Assembly: GCA_944391745.1 (NCBI GenBank)
Contig: CALXUS010000003.1
Location: forward strand, 27,732 to 91,731
Length of the DNA: 64,000 nt
Origin: an uncultured Clostridia bacterium
GTDB lineage: Bacteria > Bacillota > Clostridia > TANB77 > CAG-508
Reading direction: 5' to 3'
Position 1 is the stretch's first letter; each line of letters begins with the position of its first letter. Below the pieces are notes generated by a model that did no database searches, was not told the DNA's origin, and saw nothing but the letters and a program-made list of their open reading frames with translations. This document shows, in pieces, positions 1 through 9,777 of the stretch. Made by a program: the position numbers and the translations under genes.

Positions 1-1
1 T

Positions 2-460
2 AATGAAAATATAATACAAAATGAATTATTACTTAATGAGGTAAAAGATTTTCCTATTGATGATATATATTATTGGAAAATAAAAATTGATAAAATAAAT
101 CTCAGCGCTAATATTGCAGAAGGAACTTTAGATGAAATCTTAGAAAGTTCAATAGGCCATTATCCTCAAACAAATACAGGATATGGTATTATTGCATTAA
201 AAGCATTTAATACAGGACATGAAAACAATTATTTTTCTAATTTAAAAGAATTGGAAATTGGTGAAGAAATAAATTACTATATAAATGATTTGCATTTTAA
301 ATATAAAGTAATTGAGAATACTATAATAAAAAGTGAAGAAGAAGAAAATATTATAAATAGTTATGAGGGTGACAAATTAATTTTAATGACCTATGTCAAA
401 GATTTACCAAATACTTTGAGATGTGTTGTTAGTGAAAAATGCAATTCAAAATTGACATAA
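2..460 (+). CDS. sortase-fold protein, C-terminal fragment (5' end off-window); nucleophile position reads Tyr
   Basis: The frame is open from the window edge to TAA 458-460. The translation ..IKIDKINLSANIAEGT..SIGHYPQT..NTGHENNYFSNLKELEIGEEI..DKLILMTYVKDLPNTLRCVV follows the sortase order: GH..F..L His region, TLxTC-like strand, then conserved Arg. The TLxTC position reads LILMTY. Confidence 0.45.
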   Translation, partial: NENIIQNELLLNEVKDFPIDDIYYWKIKIDKINLSANIAEGTLDEILESSIGHYPQTNTGYGIIALKAFNTGHENNYFSNLKELEIGEEINYYINDLHFKYKVIENTIIKSEEEENIINSYEGDKLILMTYVKDLPNTLRCVVSEKCNSKLT

Positions 461-480
461 TTTTATACTGATGTTATAAT
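452..480 (+). promoter_or_regulatory. sigma-A-type promoter TTGACA-17-TATAAT upstream of ORF 532-1092
   Basis: TTGACA 452-457, 17-nt spacer, TATAAT 475-480. The spacer starts on the stop codon of the upstream ORF. Confidence 0.5.
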
Positions 481-531
481 TATACTGCTTAAAATTTCTT
501 AAAATGCACATTTGTGCCATGCAAAGAAAGG

Positions 532-1092
532 ATGATTAAAGTGTTAAGAACAGAGAATTATGGAATAGGTTATTACAACTATAGTTGTGATAATGGTGAA
601 TTTTCTACAGCGGTGATTTCAAAAAACTACAAAACACTTCCATACCAACTGTGTAATAAAATTTCCAAAGAGTTCGGCATTTATAATATGAATCGGACAG
701 ATATTATTTCGATTGTAGTAAAAATCTTAAAAGAATACTATGACTTGTACAAAGATGAGATTGAGTGTAATTGGCTTGATTTTCTCGAAGTAGGAATCCT
801 CATTGTTAAACATTATGAGAATCAAAAAGTTAATAATATTGTTTCTGTTCTGATTGGTGAAATGATTTATATGGAGCAAATTGACGAAAATGCCACTCCT
901 ACAATTATTCGTGGAAGTGCGGGAGTAAAATTTGCTAATAATCATCTAATGATTATCAATCAACGTAAAGTCACCGATAGCAAGCTGATTCACGTTATGC
1001 CCAATAGATACTACCAGACACTTTGCAGGAATAAAGTGTATAACTCCAATGAAGAGCTCATTGGTAGTATTATTGTTTCTCAAAAGGAATAA
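532..1092 (+). CDS. hypothetical protein (orphan cassette A, 186 aa)
   Basis: ATG 532 is preceded by GAAAGG. The track start 514 (GTG) is an in-frame upstream extension. I recognise no family motif. G+C is higher than the flanks (hand counts 30-43 % per 60 nt in 901-1020). Confidence 0.55.
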   Translation: MIKVLRTENYGIGYYNYSCDNGEFSTAVISKNYKTLPYQLCNKISKEFGIYNMNRTDIISIVVKILKEYYDLYKDEIECNWLDFLEVGILIVKHYENQKVNNIVSVLIGEMIYMEQIDENATPTIIRGSAGVKFANNHLMIINQRKVTDSKLIHVMPNRYYQTLCRNKVYNSNEELIGSIIVSQKE

Positions 1093-1275
1093 ATCATCTG
1101 TAATTCTACATTGCTAAGTTGCAATAGTAGGTGGAGGAGAGCGTAAAAGTTCTTCTCCATTAATTAAATAATGAAGTTATTGTTATAAAAAATTCGTTGA
1201 CATATTTTTACTTCAAATATATAATTATACTATATAAAAAAATGGAAATAATAATCGCTAGAAAGGAATAAAAAT

Positions 1276-3012
1276 ATGAGTAGAAAGAAGAAAAATAATA
1301 AAAATATATTAGCTATTATAATAATTTTAATAATCATAATAGCGGCAATAGTTGGAGTAGTTATTTTTGTAAATAACCAAAAATATAAATATGAACTTTC
1401 GGTTATTCAAAATAGTGAAATTCAATATTATAAATTAGAAAAAGATGGAAAATATGGCGTAATAGATAAGGACGGAAATCTAATAATTGAACCAATATAT
1501 GCGTCTATAGATATACCAAATCCTACTAGAGATATTTTTATTAAATCTGATGATGGGCAAAATTATTCAGCAATAAATTCAAGTGGAACTGCTTTGTTTA
1601 CAAATTATGATAATGTGGAAGCTATTAGTATTAATAGTATTACAAGTAACGTTCCTTATGAAAAGTCTGTTTTAAAATATAAACAAAATGGATTATATGG
1701 GCTTATTGATTTAGATGGAAATAAGATAACTGATAATGTATATAATTCAATAAGTAATATTGATTATAAAGAAGGAAACTTAAAAGTTGAGCAAAATGGT
1801 AAATATGGAGTAATTAATATAAAAGGAACAAAAATTCTTGATACAGAGTATGATGCTATAATGGCCGATGGTTATTATAATGATGAAACAAAATATGATG
1901 ATGCTGGTTTTATAGTAAGAATAGTTACTGATGATGGCTATAGATTTGGTTATGCTGATAGAACTGGTAAAATGATTCTTGATACTCTTTATAGTGAAAT
2001 TAATCGTATTATAGAAATAGATGGTAAAGATGTATATTTAATTACAGCAAGTAATGGTAGATATGGTCTATTTAAAAATGGAAAAGAAGTCTTGAAAAAT
2101 GAATATACAGATATAGAATTTGATCCAAATAATAAATTATTAATTGTTCAAAAAGATCAAGCTCAAGGAGTTTTAGATTTAGAAGGAAATAATATTGTTC
2201 CAATTGATTATGATAGCATTATAGTTGGTGGAAAATATATTAATGCACAAAAAGGTGAAGAAACTGTAATATTTGATGCACAAGGCAATAATCTTAATAC
2301 AGATATTATAAGCTATAATCAAGTAAATGATTTAGCTATAGTAATAGATAGAAATAATAATTATAATATTGTTGATTCTTCAGGTAATAAAAAATTAAGA
2401 GAAAATTATGCTTATATAGAGTATTTTAATAATAATTATTTTATAGTAGCAAAAGATGGAAAAACAGGTGTAATAGATGGAAATGGTAATATAGTAATTA
2501 ATTTGGAATATGATGCCATTCAAGCTATAGAAGGAGCAGATGCACTTCAAGCTATTAGAACTAATGATAATAGAACTGATATAATAGATAATAACATGAA
2601 AGTTCATCAAGGTGTAGTTAATGCTAATATACAAGTAAAAGAAAGTTATATAAAGTTATATTCAGATGTAGATGTAAAATATTATGATTTATCAGGAAAT
2701 GAAGTAGAATATAAAACTTTATTCCCAAATAATCAAATATATGCTAGACAAAACAATGGAAAATGGGGATTAGTTGATAAAAATGGTAATGTAGTTGTAG
2801 ATTATATATATGATATGGTTACTGAACAAAATGGAAATGTAGCTGGAGTAAAGAAAGATGGAAAATGGCAAGTTGTTAATACTAATGGTCAATTTATTAG
2901 TAATAATACTTATACAATTCCTTGGCTAGATGTAACATTTTTAGGAGATTATTATAAAGTAAATAATTCAAATTCAGGTACAGTATATAGTGGTACAATA
3001 CAAAATAATTAA
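1276..3012 (+). CDS. membrane-anchored WG/KWG-repeat protein
   Basis: Lys-rich N-terminus plus one TM (ILAIIIILIIIIAAIVGVVIFV). This is followed by many copies of the pattern (K/L)YG(V/L)ID.(D/K)GN.I..P.Y..I, typical of WG-containing beta-repeats. Confidence 0.7.
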   Translation: MSRKKKNNKNILAIIIILIIIIAAIVGVVIFVNNQKYKYELSVIQNSEIQYYKLEKDGKYGVIDKDGNLIIEPIYASIDIPNPTRDIFIKSDDGQNYSAINSSGTALFTNYDNVEAISINSITSNVPYEKSVLKYKQNGLYGLIDLDGNKITDNVYNSISNIDYKEGNLKVEQNGKYGVINIKGTKILDTEYDAIMADGYYNDETKYDDAGFIVRIVTDDGYRFGYADRTGKMILDTLYSEINRIIEIDGKDVYLITASNGRYGLFKNGKEVLKNEYTDIEFDPNNKLLIVQKDQAQGVLDLEGNNIVPIDYDSIIVGGKYINAQKGEETVIFDAQGNNLNTDIISYNQVNDLAIVIDRNNNYNIVDSSGNKKLRENYAYIEYFNNNYFIVAKDGKTGVIDGNGNIVINLEYDAIQAIEGADALQAIRTNDNRTDIIDNNMKVHQGVVNANIQVKESYIKLYSDVDVKYYDLSGNEVEYKTLFPNNQIYARQNNGKWGLVDKNGNVVVDYIYDMVTEQNGNVAGVKKDGKWQVVNTNGQFISNNTYTIPWLDVTFLGDYYKVNNSNSGTVYSGTIQNN

Positions 3013-3024
3013 ATAATAAAAAAA

Positions 3025-3060
3025 ATTCATTCAATTAATTTTATTAATTGAATGAATTTA
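3025..3060 (+). terminator. hairpin terminator after the WG-repeat gene
   Basis: ATTCATTCAATTAA (3025-3038) pairs with TTAATTGAATGAAT (3044-3057). The downstream T-run is weak. Confidence 0.5.
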
Positions 3061-3096
3061 AATATGTAAAGAATAAATTATTAGAGGGGAATTAAT

Positions 3097-4344
3097 ATGT
3101 TTGAAGAATATGGTATTAGTAATAAAGTATATGAACTAATTAACAAATGTGAAAAGGAAGTTCAAGAGGAATTTAGAAAAATAAACGAGATATGTGAATA
3201 TAATTCATTAAAGGTGCTTAAAGCATTTCATGATAACAATCTATCAGAAGTTCATTTTAATGAAACTACAGGATATGGATATGATGATATTGGAAGAGAA
3301 ACAATCGAGAAAATATATAGTCAAATATTTTCAGTTGAGGATAGTTTAGTTAGAGGGCAATTTATATCAGCTTCACATGCTCTAAATGTTACTCTATTTG
3401 GAATTTTACGTCCAGGAGATATATTACTTAGTATAAGTGGAAAACCTTATGATACTCTTGATGAAGTTATTGGTATTAGAGATAATCCAAGTTCTTTAAA
3501 ATCTTTTGGTGTTAAATACGAGCAAATTGACTTAATTGACAATGATTTTGATTATGACAAAATAGCAAAAAGAGTAGAGAAAAAAGATATTAAGCTAATT
3601 GAAATACAACGTTCAAGAGGTTATGCCTTAAGAAATAGTATAACATTAGATAAAATAGAAAAGGTTATAAAATTAATAAAAAGTATTAATAATGAAGTTA
3701 TAATAATGGTGGATAATTGCTATGGTGAATTCACAAATAAGGTTGAACCATCTAATTTTGGTGCAGACATAAGTGTTGGTTCATTAATAAAAAACCTAGG
3801 TGGAGGAATTTCACCTAATGGAGCTTATGTTGTTGGAAGAAAAGATTTAATTCATTTAATAGGTGAAAGACTTACTCTTCCAGGAGAAGGAAAAGAAGTA
3901 GGTCCTACACTAGGAATGAATAAAAAAATATTACAAGGTTTATTTTTTGCACCTAGTGTTGTAGCTAGTAGTTTAAAAACAGCAGTACTTACTAGTAAAG
4001 TAATGGAAGAATTAGGTTATAAGGTACAACCAAGATATAATGAACAAAGAACAGATATAGTTCAAACAATAGAATTTAATAATAGTGAAAAGCTAATAAA
4101 ATATTGTCAAGGTATTCAGATGGGATCACCAGTAGATTCTGATTCGATTCCTGTACCAGGTGATATGCCAGGATATGATGATCAAATAATTATGGCGGCT
4201 GGTGCTTTTACTCAAGGTTCATCTATAGAATTAAGTTGTGATGCTCCTATAAGACCACCATATCTAGCTTTTCAACAAGGTGGATTAACTTATGAATATG
4301 GTAAATTAGGATTAATGAAAGCAATTCAAAATATTATAGAATAA
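3097..4344 (+). CDS. PLP-dependent YnbB/aluminium-resistance (Met gamma-lyase-like) family protein
   Basis: TTGYGYDDIGRE..IYSQIF..E..LVR.Q..SASHA..LFGILRPGD.LLSISGKPYDTLDEVIGIR matches the conserved N-terminal core of this family. SD is GAGGGG. Confidence 0.75.
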   Translation: MFEEYGISNKVYELINKCEKEVQEEFRKINEICEYNSLKVLKAFHDNNLSEVHFNETTGYGYDDIGRETIEKIYSQIFSVEDSLVRGQFISASHALNVTLFGILRPGDILLSISGKPYDTLDEVIGIRDNPSSLKSFGVKYEQIDLIDNDFDYDKIAKRVEKKDIKLIEIQRSRGYALRNSITLDKIEKVIKLIKSINNEVIIMVDNCYGEFTNKVEPSNFGADISVGSLIKNLGGGISPNGAYVVGRKDLIHLIGERLTLPGEGKEVGPTLGMNKKILQGLFFAPSVVASSLKTAVLTSKVMEELGYKVQPRYNEQRTDIVQTIEFNNSEKLIKYCQGIQMGSPVDSDSIPVPGDMPGYDDQIIMAAGAFTQGSSIELSCDAPIRPPYLAFQQGGLTYEYGKLGLMKAIQNIIE

Positions 4345-4373
4345 TATTAATACATAAAGAGGAATGGAAAAAT

Positions 4374-5610
4374 ATGAAAACAGTTATAATTGGTGGAGGA
4401 CCAGCTGGTATGCTAGCTGCAATAGGAGCTAGTCAAAAAGGTGATGAAGTGACATTATTAGAAAAAATGAATCAATTAGGTAAAAAACTTTGCATAACAG
4501 GAAAAGGTAGATGTAATATTACTAGTAGTTTACCAATAGAGGATTTTATAAAAAATATTCCACGGAAATGGGAAATTTTTATATAGTGCTTTTAAAAATT
4601 TTACAAATGAAGATATTATTTCATTGCTAAAAAGAGAAGGGTTAGAAACTAAAGAAGAAAGAGGAAATAGAATTTTTCCAGTAACTGATAGAGCTGTTGA
4701 TGTTAGAGATGCATTATTAAGAGAATTAAATAAATATAATGTTAAAATAATTACTAATTCAAAAGCTATAGATTTAATTGTTAATGACTCTAAAATAATT
4801 GGAGTAAAATATGAAAACCTTATAGATAATTCGGAAAACAAAATAGAAGCGGACAAAGTAATACTTGCTACAGGGGGGAAGAGTTATCCTTTAACTGGCT
4901 CATCCGGAGATGGATATGATTTAGCAAAAAAATATGGACATACTATAACTGAATTAAAGCCTTCATTAGTTGCTCTAAAATCTACAGATTCTGATCTTGA
5001 TGCTTGTAAAAAAATGCAGGGATTAAGTTTAAAGAATGTTGGACTAAAAATAATAAAAGATAATAAAGTAATATATGAAGATTTTGGTGAAATGTTATTT
5101 ACACATTTTGGTGTATCTGGACCAATAATATTAAGTGGTTCGGCACATTTAGTAAGGACTGAAATGAAAGGTGTTGAAATATCAATAGACCTTAAACCAG
5201 CTCTTGACGAAAAGAAATTGGATGAGAGGATTTTGAGGGATTTTTCTCAAGAAAAAAATAAAGAATTTAGAAACAGTCTAGACAAATTATTACCTCAAAA
5301 GATTATACCTGTTATATTAGATAAAATGAATATTGATAAACGTGTAAATGAGATTACTAAAGAGGAGAGACATAAATTAGTTTCCCTATTAAAAGATTTT
5401 AGAATAGGAATACAGGGATTTAGACCTATTGAAGAAGCCATTGTAACTTCTGGAGGAATAAATATAAAAGAAATAAATCCTAAAACAATGGAATCAAAAT
5501 TAGTGAAAGGATTATATTTTGCAGGAGAAATAATAGATGTAGATGCATATACAGGAGGATTTAATTTACAAATTGCATATTCTACAGGATATACTGCAGG
5601 AATAAATTAG
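4374..5610 (+). pseudogene. HI0933/YhiN-family NAD(FAD) flavoprotein, interrupted by a +1 frameshift near 4563
   Basis: ORFs 4374-4586 and 4624-5610 are consecutive parts of one protein. The N-terminus has VIIGGGPAGMLAA; the C-terminus has GLYFAGE.IDVDAYTGGFNLQ. Reading ..FIKNIP and shifting +1 at ~4563 gives GNGKFLYSAFKNFTNEDIISLLKREGLETKEERGNRIFP, which is continuous with ORF 2. Confidence 0.75.
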
Positions 5611-5616
5611 TTATAT

Positions 5617-6219
5617 ATGTTTAAATCAATAAAAGAAGAAGCGATTGCAGAAATAATTGAAAAAAAATCAAAATTTATTGCTGTAATAAAGCCAGTTAAC
5701 ACTAAAGAAGAGGCCGAAAAAGAATTAGAAAATGTTCGTAAAAAGTTTTATGATGCAAAACATAATTGCTATGCATATATTGTAGATAATTATGAAAAAT
5801 ACAGTGATGATGGTGAACCATCAGGAACTGCAGGAGCACCATTATTAAACTTATTAAAAAATGAAGAATTGAAAAATGTTATAGTTGTAGTAACAAGATA
5901 CTTTGGCGGAATATTATTAGGAACAGGCGGATTAGTTAGAGCTTATACTGAAAGTGCTCAAAAAGCTCTAGAAAATGCTGAAATTGTAAAAAAAGATTAT
6001 GGTAATAAATATATATTAGAATTAAATTATAATAATTTAAATGAATTTCAATATTTATGTAAAAAATTAAAAATTCGTATAATAGATATGAAGTATATGG
6101 AAAATATACAAATAATAATTGAAACGACAGATGAAGTAAAAAAATTACTAGATCAATCAAATATTGAATTCATTAAAAATCAAATATTTGAAAAAAATGT
6201 AATTATAGAAATAGAATAA
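5617..6219 (+). CDS. yigZ: YigZ/IMPACT-family protein
   Basis: KSKFIA...HNCYAY....DDGEPSGTAGAPLL..L......NV.VVVTRYFGG.LLGTGGLVRAY is the hallmark core. Confidence 0.8.
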   Translation: MFKSIKEEAIAEIIEKKSKFIAVIKPVNTKEEAEKELENVRKKFYDAKHNCYAYIVDNYEKYSDDGEPSGTAGAPLLNLLKNEELKNVIVVVTRYFGGILLGTGGLVRAYTESAQKALENAEIVKKDYGNKYILELNYNNLNEFQYLCKKLKIRIIDMKYMENIQIIIETTDEVKKLLDQSNIEFIKNQIFEKNVIIEIE

Positions 6220-6376
6220 ATAAGAAAACTAAGCATATATTTAAGAAAATGTATGTTTAGTTTTTTATTTTACTAAAAAATAGAAAAATATGGTAAAAAC
6301 TATTGCGCTTTTTTGTAAAATTGTATATAATCAAGTGGTAAAATTTTACAAATGAACAATTAGGAGGTATAAAGTA

Positions 6377-7195
6377 GTGAATGACAAGATTAAAATATTA
6401 ATAGCTGATGATAACTATGATTTTGGAATGACTTTAAAAGAGTACTTAGTAAATGATGATGAGATGGAAATCGTTGGAATAGCGAGAGATGGAGAAGAGG
6501 CTTATTCTAGCGTTCTCAGATTAAAACCTGATGTGCTTTTACTTGATGTAATAATGCCACATTTAGATGGTATAGGAGTATTAGAAAAACTCAATAAATC
6601 TAAATTAGAAAAGAATCCAGTTAAAATAATGGTTTCCGCTGTTGGTCAAGATAAAATTACACAAAAAGCAATAGCATTAGGTGCAGATTATTATATAGTA
6701 AAGCCTTTTGACTTAGAACTATTAACACAAAGAATAAAAGAAATAAAAAATAATGATGTAGAAAAAATTAAGGATACAGTTATTAATCATGAGATAAAAT
6801 CACCATATATTATGATTAATAAATATGAAGAAAATAATAAAAATGATTTGGAAGCTGCAGTTACAAATATAATTCATGAAGTAGGTGTGCCTGCACATAT
6901 TAAAGGATATCAGTTTTTAAGAGAAGCAATTATTATGTCTGTAAAAAATATTGAGATGATTAATCAAGTCACAAAACTTTTATATCCAGATATTGCAAAT
7001 AAGTATAATACAACTCCGAGTAGAGTAGAACGTGCAATACGACACGCAATAGAGGTAGCTTGGGGAAGAGGTGATCCTAAAGTTACTGAAAGTATATTTG
7101 GTTATACTGTATCTGCTGATAAAGGAAAGCCTACAAATAGTGAATTTATTGCTATGATTGCAGATAAACTAAGACTGGAATTAAAAAGTGCATAA
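6377..7195 (+). CDS. spo0A: Spo0A sporulation master response regulator
   Basis: The receiver domain reads ILIADDN...[16 protein letters not shown]. The Spo0A-specific C-terminal domain reads [19 protein letters not shown]......[58 protein letters not shown] start after AGGAGG. Confidence 0.95.
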   Translation: MNDKIKILIADDNYDFGMTLKEYLVNDDEMEIVGIARDGEEAYSSVLRLKPDVLLLDVIMPHLDGIGVLEKLNKSKLEKNPVKIMVSAVGQDKITQKAIALGADYYIVKPFDLELLTQRIKEIKNNDVEKIKDTVINHEIKSPYIMINKYEENNKNDLEAAVTNIIHEVGVPAHIKGYQFLREAIIMSVKNIEMINQVTKLLYPDIANKYNTTPSRVERAIRHAIEVAWGRGDPKVTESIFGYTVSADKGKPTNSEFIAMIADKLRLELKSA

Positions 7196-7238
7196 AATTT
7201 ATAAAAAATATTTAAATCCAAATGATAATAATTTAGTG

Positions 7239-7287
7239 AAACTTGAGTAATATTTTTATAATATTACTTAAGTTTCTTATTCTTTTT
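7239..7287 (+). terminator. rho-independent terminator after spo0A
   Basis: AAACTTGAGTAATAT (7239-7253) pairs with ATATTACTTAAGTTT (7261-7275). A T-rich tract follows. Confidence 0.7.
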
Positions 7288-7359
7288 ATGGGAAATAGAC
7301 TTGAAAAATAGCAGAAATATAGTATAATATAAATACATTTTGACGAGGAGGAAATAATT

Positions 7360-8355
7360 GTGTTAGACTATGAACCAGTAAAGAGAACAAAAGACTTAAT
7401 AAAAATAAAAGTAATAGGTGTAGGTGGCGGAGGCAATAATGCTGTAAACCAGATGATAGTATCAGATGTTGATGGAGTAGAATACATATTAGTAAATACA
7501 GAAAAAGGTATATTAGAAAGAGCTAATACTAATGGTTGTAAAACTTTACAAATAGGAAAAGAAGTTGCACAAGGATTAGGAGCTGGAGCAAATCCAGAAG
7601 TTGGAGAAAAGGCTGCTAAAGAAAGTATAGATGATATAGATAAAATTTTAGATGGAACAGATTTACTATTCCTTACTGCTGGAATGGGTGGAGGAACAGG
7701 AACTGGTGCTATTCCAGTTATTGCTGAAGAGGCAAGAAAAAAAGAAATTCTAACAATAGGTATAGTTACAAAACCATTTGCATTCGAAGGAAAATTAAGA
7801 GGTACAAGAGCAAATTTAGGAATAGATAAATTAAAGCCTAATGTTAATGCATTAATTGTCATCTCTAATGATAAACTATTACAAAATACAGAGAGTAATG
7901 TTTCAATATTAAATGCATTCAAAATGACAGATGATATACTAAAGCAAGGTATACAATCAATTACAGATATAATTAATTCAGTAGGAACTATTAATGTTGA
8001 TTTTGCAGATGTAAAAACTATATTAGGATATCCTGGATTTTCTTATATGGGAATAGGAGAAGCAAGTGGAGAAAATAAAATAGTTGAAGCTACTATAAAT
8101 GCTTTAAATAATCCTTTAACTGAAACTGGGATAGATGGTGCTAAGGGTGTTATTTTTAATATTAAAGGTAGCGAAGATATTAGTTTGGAAGATATAAATA
8201 AAAGTGCAGGATTAATTGGAGAAAAAGTAAGTCCAGATGCAAATGTTATTTTTGGAACAGTAATAGATGAAGATTTAGGAGATAATGTTGTAGTAACAGT
8301 AGTTGCAACTGGAGTTGAAGAAAAGGAAGTAAAGAATGACAATAAAAGAATTTAG
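7360..8355 (+). CDS. ftsZ: FtsZ-family tubulin-like GTPase, short form without recognisable C-terminal tail peptide
   Basis: VIGVGGGGNNAVN, the tubulin signature GMGGGTGTGA, PF.FEG..R and NVDFADV are all present. The protein ends ..VVATGVEEKEVKNDNKRI right after the globular core. GTG start after GAGGAGG. Confidence 0.8.
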   Translation: MLDYEPVKRTKDLIKIKVIGVGGGGNNAVNQMIVSDVDGVEYILVNTEKGILERANTNGCKTLQIGKEVAQGLGAGANPEVGEKAAKESIDDIDKILDGTDLLFLTAGMGGGTGTGAIPVIAEEARKKEILTIGIVTKPFAFEGKLRGTRANLGIDKLKPNVNALIVISNDKLLQNTESNVSILNAFKMTDDILKQGIQSITDIINSVGTINVDFADVKTILGYPGFSYMGIGEASGENKIVEATINALNNPLTETGIDGAKGVIFNIKGSEDISLEDINKSAGLIGEKVSPDANVIFGTVIDEDLGDNVVVTVVATGVEEKEVKNDNKRI

Positions 8356-8494
8356 ATTATTGCATATTTCTGTTTATGATGGTGAAAATGAAGTGTATAA
8401 TGGAATGTGTGAAGATGCACCAAAAGATTTACAAGATAAGCAAATAAAAATAGAAAAAATGGAAGATAAAATACTAAAAGTAAAGATAATATAA
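8336..8494 (+). CDS. small hypothetical protein (52 aa), overlapping the end of the ftsZ-family gene
   Basis: ATG 8336 is preceded by AAGGAAG and overlaps the last 20 nt of the upstream gene. Translation: MTIKEFRLLHISVYDGENEVYNGMCEDAPKDLQDKQIKIEKMEDKILKVKII. It is below the length cut-off of the supplied track. Confidence 0.35.
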   Translation: MTIKEFRLLHISVYDGENEVYNGMCEDAPKDLQDKQIKIEKMEDKILKVKII

Positions 8495-8546
8495 TTTGAA
8501 TAAATCTCCAATAAGTGGAAATAATTATAACCAAAGGAGAGAAACT

Positions 8547-8750
8547 ATGGGAGATTTAAATAAAAAATATATTATTAATAAAGCAGAAACTATTTTAGAA
8601 AAATGTGAAGAAAAATATAGTAAAGAAAGTTTAAGTAAAAAGAAAATTAGGGAATTGGAATCTGAGAACAGAAAATTAAAAAAATTTAATTTAATGTGGA
8701 AAATAATCTTGACATTTTCTATTATTTGGATTGCAATACTTGTATTTTAA
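8547..8750 (+). CDS. small tail-anchored membrane protein with coiled-coil segment
   Basis: ATG 8547 after AAAGGAGAG; track start 8496 looks over-extended. It has a charged helix (..RELESENRKLKK) and a C-terminal TM (MWKIILTFSIIWIAILVF). Confidence 0.5.
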   Translation: MGDLNKKYIINKAETILEKCEEKYSKESLSKKKIRELESENRKLKKFNLMWKIILTFSIIWIAILVF

Positions 8751-8861
8751 AATTTAATATAATATTCGAATAAAACTTTTAACTAAGTCATATAATTTAG
8801 AAGATTAGTTAAAGGTTTTATTTTTTTGTAGTTAATTAAATTTAAGTAAGGATATTGAGGT

Positions 8862-9740
8862 ATGGAGAGAATAATAAGTGAACAAGATAGGATAAAACGT
8901 GCAGAAGAGGTTATTGCTAAAAGGAGAGGGACAATTCCCGTAAAGGATATTAATATAAACAGTAATGATAAGCATATAACAAAACTAACAAAGATTTTTA
9001 TACAAACAGTTAGTTGTATGTGTATATTTGGAATTATATATTTATTAATGTTAAATAATAATCCGATTGTTGAAAATATTAGAAAAGTAATGTCTCAAGA
9101 TACAGATTTAAAAAAATTATATGATTATAGTAATAGTCAAATAAATAATATAGTAGAGTGGATAAATAGTTTTAATGAGGATAGCAATTTAGAGGGGAAA
9201 ATAGAAGATGTTAATAACGAAATAGTAGAAAATAATATTTTAGAAAATACGATTTCAAATGATATAGAAGAAAATAGTAGTGATACAGGAATTGGAGGAA
9301 GTGACGAAAATTTAAATTTAAGTCAAGATGAACAAGATATAGAATATATTAAATCTTATTGTTCTATTATAGTACCAGTATGTGGAACCGTGACATCTAG
9401 TTATGGAAAAAGAACTCCAACCGATATAATTTCTGAAAATCATGCCGGAGTGGATATAGGAGCAAATGAAGGAACGGAAATAATAGCAGCGATGGAGGGA
9501 ACTGTAGAGTTGGTTTCTAGTTATGGAGATTACGGAAACCATGTAAAAATAACAAATGGAGAAGTTAGCACAATGTATGCACATTGTAAAGAAATATTTG
9601 TTAATCAAGGAGAGTATGTAGCACAAGGTCAAAAAATTGCAGAAGTTGGTAATACAGGAAGAACTACAGGGCCTCATTTACATTTTGAAATTAGTAGGAG
9701 CGGAAGAACAGTTAATCCAGAATCTATTATAGAAATTTAG
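8862..9740 (+). CDS. M23 (LytM) peptidase-domain membrane protein, SpoIVFA-like position
   Basis: One TM, then H.GVDI....GT.I.A...G.V.........G..V.I.....ST.YAH.......G..V..GQ.IA.VG.TG.TTGPHLHFEI. It lies directly upstream of an M50 protease gene. Confidence 0.75.
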   Translation: MERIISEQDRIKRAEEVIAKRRGTIPVKDININSNDKHITKLTKIFIQTVSCMCIFGIIYLLMLNNNPIVENIRKVMSQDTDLKKLYDYSNSQINNIVEWINSFNEDSNLEGKIEDVNNEIVENNILENTISNDIEENSSDTGIGGSDENLNLSQDEQDIEYIKSYCSIIVPVCGTVTSSYGKRTPTDIISENHAGVDIGANEGTEIIAAMEGTVELVSSYGDYGNHVKITNGEVSTMYAHCKEIFVNQGEYVAQGQKIAEVGNTGRTTGPHLHFEISRSGRTVNPESIIEI

Positions 9741-9777
9741 GAAAGGAGAATCGTATTAATATATACGAGAAAAATAT

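Noticed and set aside
7368-8342. Long antisense ORFs inside the ftsZ-family gene (7368-7922c, 184 aa; 8043-8342c, 99 aa).
   Set aside because: They are mirror-frame ORFs of a Gly/Ala/Thr-rich gene, giving low-complexity Pro/Ser/Ala translations. They have no SD, and the sense strand has an unambiguous FtsZ signature.
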